From NCBI GenBank assembly GCA_040386535.1, contig JAZKFH010000009.1:245551-309550 (forward strand): a stretch of 64,000 nt of DNA, written 5' to 3'. The notes below the pieces were generated by a model. It worked only from the letters and a program-made list of their open reading frames with translations, was not told the origin of the DNA and searched no databases. This DNA comes from Myxococcota bacterium. Its GTDB lineage: Bacteria > Myxococcota_A > UBA796 > SXON01. The translations under genes were made by a program, and so were the position numbers. Of the stretch, positions 59,996 to 64,000 are shown one piece after another (within the stretch, counting starts at the first letter, position 1; each line of letters opens with the position of its first letter).

Positions 59996-61768
59996 TCAGA
60001 GAGCGCCGATCTCCATGTCCCCGAAGCGCGCGATCACCGCGCCGCCCTCGGCCAACACGTCGACCACGACCAGATCCTCGCCGAGCGTGATCATCGCGAC
60101 CTGGGGCTTGTCACCGGGGATGAGCCGCACGTCCTCGATGTCGACCCGATCGAGGCCGTCGAGCAGGGGGAACGGCTTGCCGCCGGGGAGCCAGACGCCC
60201 ATGGGGAGCGTCATGTCGTCGTCTCCCACCGCTTCGCGCGTGTAGACGAGCAGCCAGCGGTCGCCGATGGCGCGCAGGTCGATCGAGCCGATGTCCGACT
60301 TGATGTCGAGGCGGGTGGGCTCGGAGTCGACCCCGAGCGCCTGGAACCGCAGGCCCTTCTCGCCCTTGCCGGCCCACGCGAGCGCGATCTGCTCGCCGTC
60401 GGCACGGTACGCGGCCGAGGTGAGGCGGCCCGGGTAGCCCGCGGGGGCGGTCATGAGCTTGCCGATGCCGTCCTTGCGGACCGCGGCCACCGTGCCACCC
60501 TTGCCCAGCAGGATCGGATCGAGGCGCCCGCAGAAGCCGCGGTAGGTGCCGGCCGGCGCGCGCATGAGCTCGTGGAGCACGGTGCCGTCGAACCGGTGCA
60601 CGGAGAGCGCGCCCTGGCGGCCGATGCCGTAGATGAGGAAGCCCTCGCCGTCGGGCACGATCACGGGCTTGACGACGGGCGTGTAGCCGAGGCGCACGGC
60701 GCGGGGCGGGCCGAAGTTGCCCTTCGCGTCGAGGGAGAGCACGGAGAGCTCGACGCCGGCGGGGCGATCGAGGAACACGGCGCAGTCGAAGCCCGTGGGC
60801 GTGGGGATCACCGCCCGGGAGAGCACCTGCTCGATCGGGATGGCGAGCGCCTGCGAGGCGCCCTTGAAGGGCTTGGACGAGCCCGAGACGATGGCGCGGA
60901 GGGTGAACGTGTCCTCGCCGTCGGCGTTCTCCCAGAACACGGCCACGCCGCCGACGGAAACGGCGACGGACGGATCCTCGAAGTGCAGCTCGACGTCGGC
61001 CTGGGAGGCCGCGGAGGCCGGGGTGGGCTCGACGCTGGGGGGCATCTTCGCCACCTTGAGCGCCTCGGGCTCGGCCACAACGTCGAACAGGTCGGCCTTC
61101 TCGAGGTTGGCGCCCGTGAGATCGGCGCCGGTCAGGTCGACCCCGGAGAGGTCGGCGCCGGTGAGGTTGGCGCCGGCGAGGTGGGCGCCCTTGAGCACGG
61201 CGCCCGCGAGGCGGGCCCCCGTCAGATCCGCGCGGACGAGGCGCGCGCCGCTGCCGTTCGCGCGCAGGAGCTCGGCGTTGACGAGGATGGCGCCGGTCAG
61301 GTCGGCGTCCCGGAGGTCGGCGTTGGCGAACCGGGCCTCGGTGAAGTCACACCCCGTGAGCGTGGCGCGGGTGAGCACCGCGTCCTTGAAGCGGGCGCCC
61401 GCGAAGCGGCTCTGGTCGCACTGGAAGCCGGTCAGGTCGGCCTCGCAGAAGTCGGCCCCCGAGAACTCGGCGCCGCTGGCCTTCGCGTCCCCGAGGTACG
61501 CCTCGCGCAGCCGCGCCTTGATGGCGACGACCTTGTCGAGCGTGGCGCCGGTGAGGTCCGCACCACAGAGGTTGGCCTTGGCGAGCACGGCGCCGGTGAG
61601 GTCGGCGCCGGAGAGGTCCGCCTTCTCCATGTTGGCGCCGGACAGGTCCGCTCCGACGAGGGAGAGCCCGGAGAGATCCGCAGCGAAAAAGTCGAGCGTG
61701 ACGCGAGCGCCGCGCTTCGCGTTGAATTCCTCGATCTTCCCGGTCGTCAACAGCTCGAAGAGGGTCAA
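59996..61768 (-). CDS. pentapeptide repeat protein with C-terminal beta-rich domain
   Basis: about 200 aa of A(D/N)LxG repeats, then a Pro/Ala linker and a non-repetitive domain; TTG start after GGAG. Confidence 0.88.
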   Translation of the reverse strand: MTLFELLTTGKIEEFNAKRGARVTLDFFAADLSGLSLVGADLSGANMEKADLSGADLTGAVLAKANLCGADLTGATLDKVVAIKARLREAYLGDAKASGAEFSGADFCEADLTGFQCDQSRFAGARFKDAVLTRATLTGCDFTEARFANADLRDADLTGAILVNAELLRANGSGARLVRADLTGARLAGAVLKGAHLAGANLTGADLSGVDLTGADLTGANLEKADLFDVVAEPEALKVAKMPPSVEPTPASAASQADVELHFEDPSVAVSVGGVAVFWENADGEDTFTLRAIVSGSSKPFKGASQALAIPIEQVLSRAVIPTPTGFDCAVFLDRPAGVELSVLSLDAKGNFGPPRAVRLGYTPVVKPVIVPDGEGFLIYGIGRQGALSVHRFDGTVLHELMRAPAGTYRGFCGRLDPILLGKGGTVAAVRKDGIGKLMTAPAGYPGRLTSAAYRADGEQIALAWAGKGEKGLRFQALGVDSEPTRLDIKSDIGSIDLRAIGDRWLLVYTREAVGDDDMTLPMGVWLPGGKPFPLLDGLDRVDIEDVRLIPGDKPQVAMITLGEDLVVVDVLAEGGAVIARFGDMEIGAL

Positions 61769-61856
61769 AATCCACTGCTCCCATTCCGTACGGTGAGGAC
61801 GGCGGCACGGGGCTTATCCATCCGCGACGCCCCTCGCCATGCTTTCGGCCTGCTTG

Positions 61857-63437
61857 TCAAGGGGAAGGCTCGGTGGAAGGCAGGGGAGCGTCCAGGGCGT
61901 CGCCCCATCCGCCCGTCCAGGGCGTCTCTCCCTCGAACGGATCCCGCGGCGCGCGCGTCGCGACGAGCTCCACCGTGAGGGGGCCGCCCGCGTCCGCGAA
62001 GCCGGTGGTGCTGACGAGCGTGGCGCCCGGCATGCCGAGCGCCGCCCCGATGCGATCGGATCGCGCGCCCGGCTCTACCCCCACGATCCGCTCCCGCAGC
62101 CACAAGGCGGCGGCGCCGGTCGCGCCGAAGCGGACGCGGAACTCCTCCCCGGAGAGCTCGAGCGTGCGGGTGAGCCGACCGGGCGCCGTCGGCACCTCCG
62201 CGGCCGCGCCGACGGCCGCCTTGCCGAGCCAGCGCGTGCCGATCTCGCCGGTGGCGCACGGCTCGCAGCTCGGGTCCACCCAGAGGGTCTTCCCCTCGAG
62301 CTCGAGGATCAACAACATCGCGTCGAAGCCCGTGAGGGACACCGCGTCGGCCTGCTCGCCCGTGAGCACCCAGCCCGCGCGGAGCTTCTCCTGGCCGAAG
62401 AACCGGTGCAGGATCAGCGCCCGTTCGATGTTGGTGGCCCACCCGGAGCGCCACGCCTTGTTGAGCTGGCGCGGCTTGAGCGGATTTTCGCCAGGGAGTG
62501 CGCCGTGGCGCAGCTTGCGCACCTCGTCCATCAGCTGGAGGTAGAGGTTGGGGCGGTCGAGCCGGTCGCGGATGCTGACCGGCACGGCCGGTTCGGGGAG
62601 GCTCAGCCGCGCAAAGCGCCAGTCCAGGCCGGCCACGAAGGTGGCGGTGTCGGGCACGACGGCGGCGCCACCGGCACGTGCAACGCGCCACCGCGCCACG
62701 CCGCCTTCGGGCGCGTCGAACCGGATGCCCCCGGCGACAGGCGTGGAGGTGACGCCGGGCCCGGGGGAGGGGACCCACTCCACCGCCGGGCCTACGAGCG
62801 TGAGCGAGCCCGCGGGCAGCGTGCGCGCCCCGAGCGGCTCGGCGCCCGGGACGGTGTAGCGGACCGTCGCGGTGCGGGTGCCCGCGGGGACCACGAGGCC
62901 GAGCGGCACGGCGGTGAGGCCCCCGGCGTCGATCTCGGTGGCGCCCGGGGGGAGCGGGAGGATCCGCGCGGCCGCGTCGTCGGCGAAGGTCACGGTGAGC
63001 TCGACGCGCGTGGAGGCGCGGGCCGGATCCGCGAACCCCCAGCCGGGGTGGCGGGCATCGAGCGTGAGGGTGCGGACCTCGTGCGCGGTCTCGGCGGGGG
63101 GCGGCACCTCCGCCGGCCCGAGGCGCACGGTCAAGCTCTCGCCCGCGACCCCCACGTCCAGCTCGGCGCGCCCACCCACCACGAGCGCGGGCAGCCCGAT
63201 CTCCCAGCCGCCGCCGGGCAGCTGGCGCCGGTTGTCGTCGGTGAGCCGCACCCGGCGCTCCTCCGGCGTCCAGAGCGTGGCGTCGAGCGTGAGGGGGCGA
63301 TCGGACTCCAGGGTGACCGTGCGGCACCCCACGGGCTCGTCGAGCGCCTGGATCACGACGACGACACCGTCCGCGCTCTCGAGCTGCTCGACGGCGCAAG
63401 CCGCGTGGGCGGGCGGGAGGAGCAAGAGCGGAAGCAT
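61857..63437 (-). CDS. secreted transglutaminase-like protein lacking catalytic Cys/His
   Basis: signal ending AHA; WATNIERALIL, FDAML, WVDP align with the GDCxDxA / FNH / xxDP triad region; GGAG RBS. Confidence 0.6.
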   Translation of the reverse strand: MLPLLLLPPAHAACAVEQLESADGVVVVIQALDEPVGCRTVTLESDRPLTLDATLWTPEERRVRLTDDNRRQLPGGGWEIGLPALVVGGRAELDVGVAGESLTVRLGPAEVPPPAETAHEVRTLTLDARHPGWGFADPARASTRVELTVTFADDAAARILPLPPGATEIDAGGLTAVPLGLVVPAGTRTATVRYTVPGAEPLGARTLPAGSLTLVGPAVEWVPSPGPGVTSTPVAGGIRFDAPEGGVARWRVARAGGAAVVPDTATFVAGLDWRFARLSLPEPAVPVSIRDRLDRPNLYLQLMDEVRKLRHGALPGENPLKPRQLNKAWRSGWATNIERALILHRFFGQEKLRAGWVLTGEQADAVSLTGFDAMLLILELEGKTLWVDPSCEPCATGEIGTRWLGKAAVGAAAEVPTAPGRLTRTLELSGEEFRVRFGATGAAALWLRERIVGVEPGARSDRIGAALGMPGATLVSTTGFADAGGPLTVELVATRAPRDPFEGETPWTGGWGDALDAPLPSTEPSP

Positions 63438-63628
63438 GGCGACTCCGGGTCTGGGGGCGGGGCGAGGTGCGGGGGGCGAGCCGCGGGAGACGGGGCGGGG
63501 GCCGATATCCCGAGCGAACATTTTCGTGGGGCCCCTTGACGCGGTTCGCCTGACGGGAGCCCGACCGACGTCCGTCAGGGGGTGACGGAAAACGGTCAGC
63601 CGGCACGCGGATTCCGTGCGTTCGTCCG

Positions 63629-63644
63629 TGGCCCGCCGCTTGCT
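63629..63644 (+). promoter_or_regulatory. sigma-54 promoter
   Basis: TGGCCCG-CCGC-TTGCT, 30 bp upstream of GTG 63675. Confidence 0.7.
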
Positions 63645-63674
63645 CAGGGTCGCCGTGCCATCCCTGGAGGCATC

Positions 63675-64000
63675 GTGACCGAACGTTCCATACTCCCCGA
63701 CTTCATGCCCATCGACCCCTGGTGGGACCTGTACATGCCCGCCACCTTCGGCGAGCCGAGCGCGGTGCTCGACGCGCTGGAGGCCGCGGAGGCCTCGACA
63801 CCGCTGGGCAGCCGCGGGGATGTCTACGCCGTCGCCGCGCGGGCGTTCGCCGTGTTGGGCCGGCCGGTCGAAGCCGAGCGGCTGTTCGAGCAGGCCTTCC
63901 GGCTCGGCGGGGTCGAGGCCGACGCGCTCGCCACGTTCTTGAGCCCGGACGGCATCGAGCGGGCCACGAAGCGCCTCCAGGGCGGCGGTCGGCCCGGCGC
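63675..64000 (+). CDS. hypothetical TPR-like protein, runs off the window end
   Basis: GGAGG RBS, GTG start, open to the end: MTERSILPDFMPIDPWWDLY...ARAFAVLGRPVEAERLFEQAF. Confidence 0.65.
   Translation, partial: MTERSILPDFMPIDPWWDLYMPATFGEPSAVLDALEAAEASTPLGSRGDVYAVAARAFAVLGRPVEAERLFEQAFRLGGVEADALATFLSPDGIERATKRLQGGGRPG

Overview
High-GC (roughly 70-75% by eye) bacterial chromosome segment, densely coding (about 53 genes), most consistent with a Myxococcota-type deltaproteobacterium (MYXO-CTERM-like tail, MopE-type Cys/Asp repeats, Myxococcus-type LexA box, sigma-54 promoter on a pilin gene). It carries an arginine operon (argG, DUF1611/DgcN-like gene, argC, argD, argF'), a rho-rpmE2-prfA-prmC cluster, ligA, many secreted proteins and lipoproteins, an orphan Flp pilin, a TetR operon, a murJ-methyltransferase-B12 radical SAM cluster, a 1694-aa surface protein, lexA, a histidine kinase and a MoxR/vWA (DUF4175-DUF58-BatA-DUF4159) operon. 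I saw no rRNA, tRNA, CRISPR array, transposase or prophage. Best leads: (1) a DUF1611/DgcN-like gene inside the arg operon, a candidate new N-acylglutamate synthase, next to an ArgF' with atypical specificity residues; (2) a Rho at the canonical locus with an intact RNA-binding domain but a dismantled motor; (3) repeated ultra-short, uncharged signal peptides (lipobox Cys at residue 9); (4) a seven-copy TGTATC operator array on a zinc-finger/coiled-coil gene. All family assignments come from motif recognition by eye; no searches were run. Many start codons were moved downstream of the ORF-track start using RBS, gene overlap and homology.
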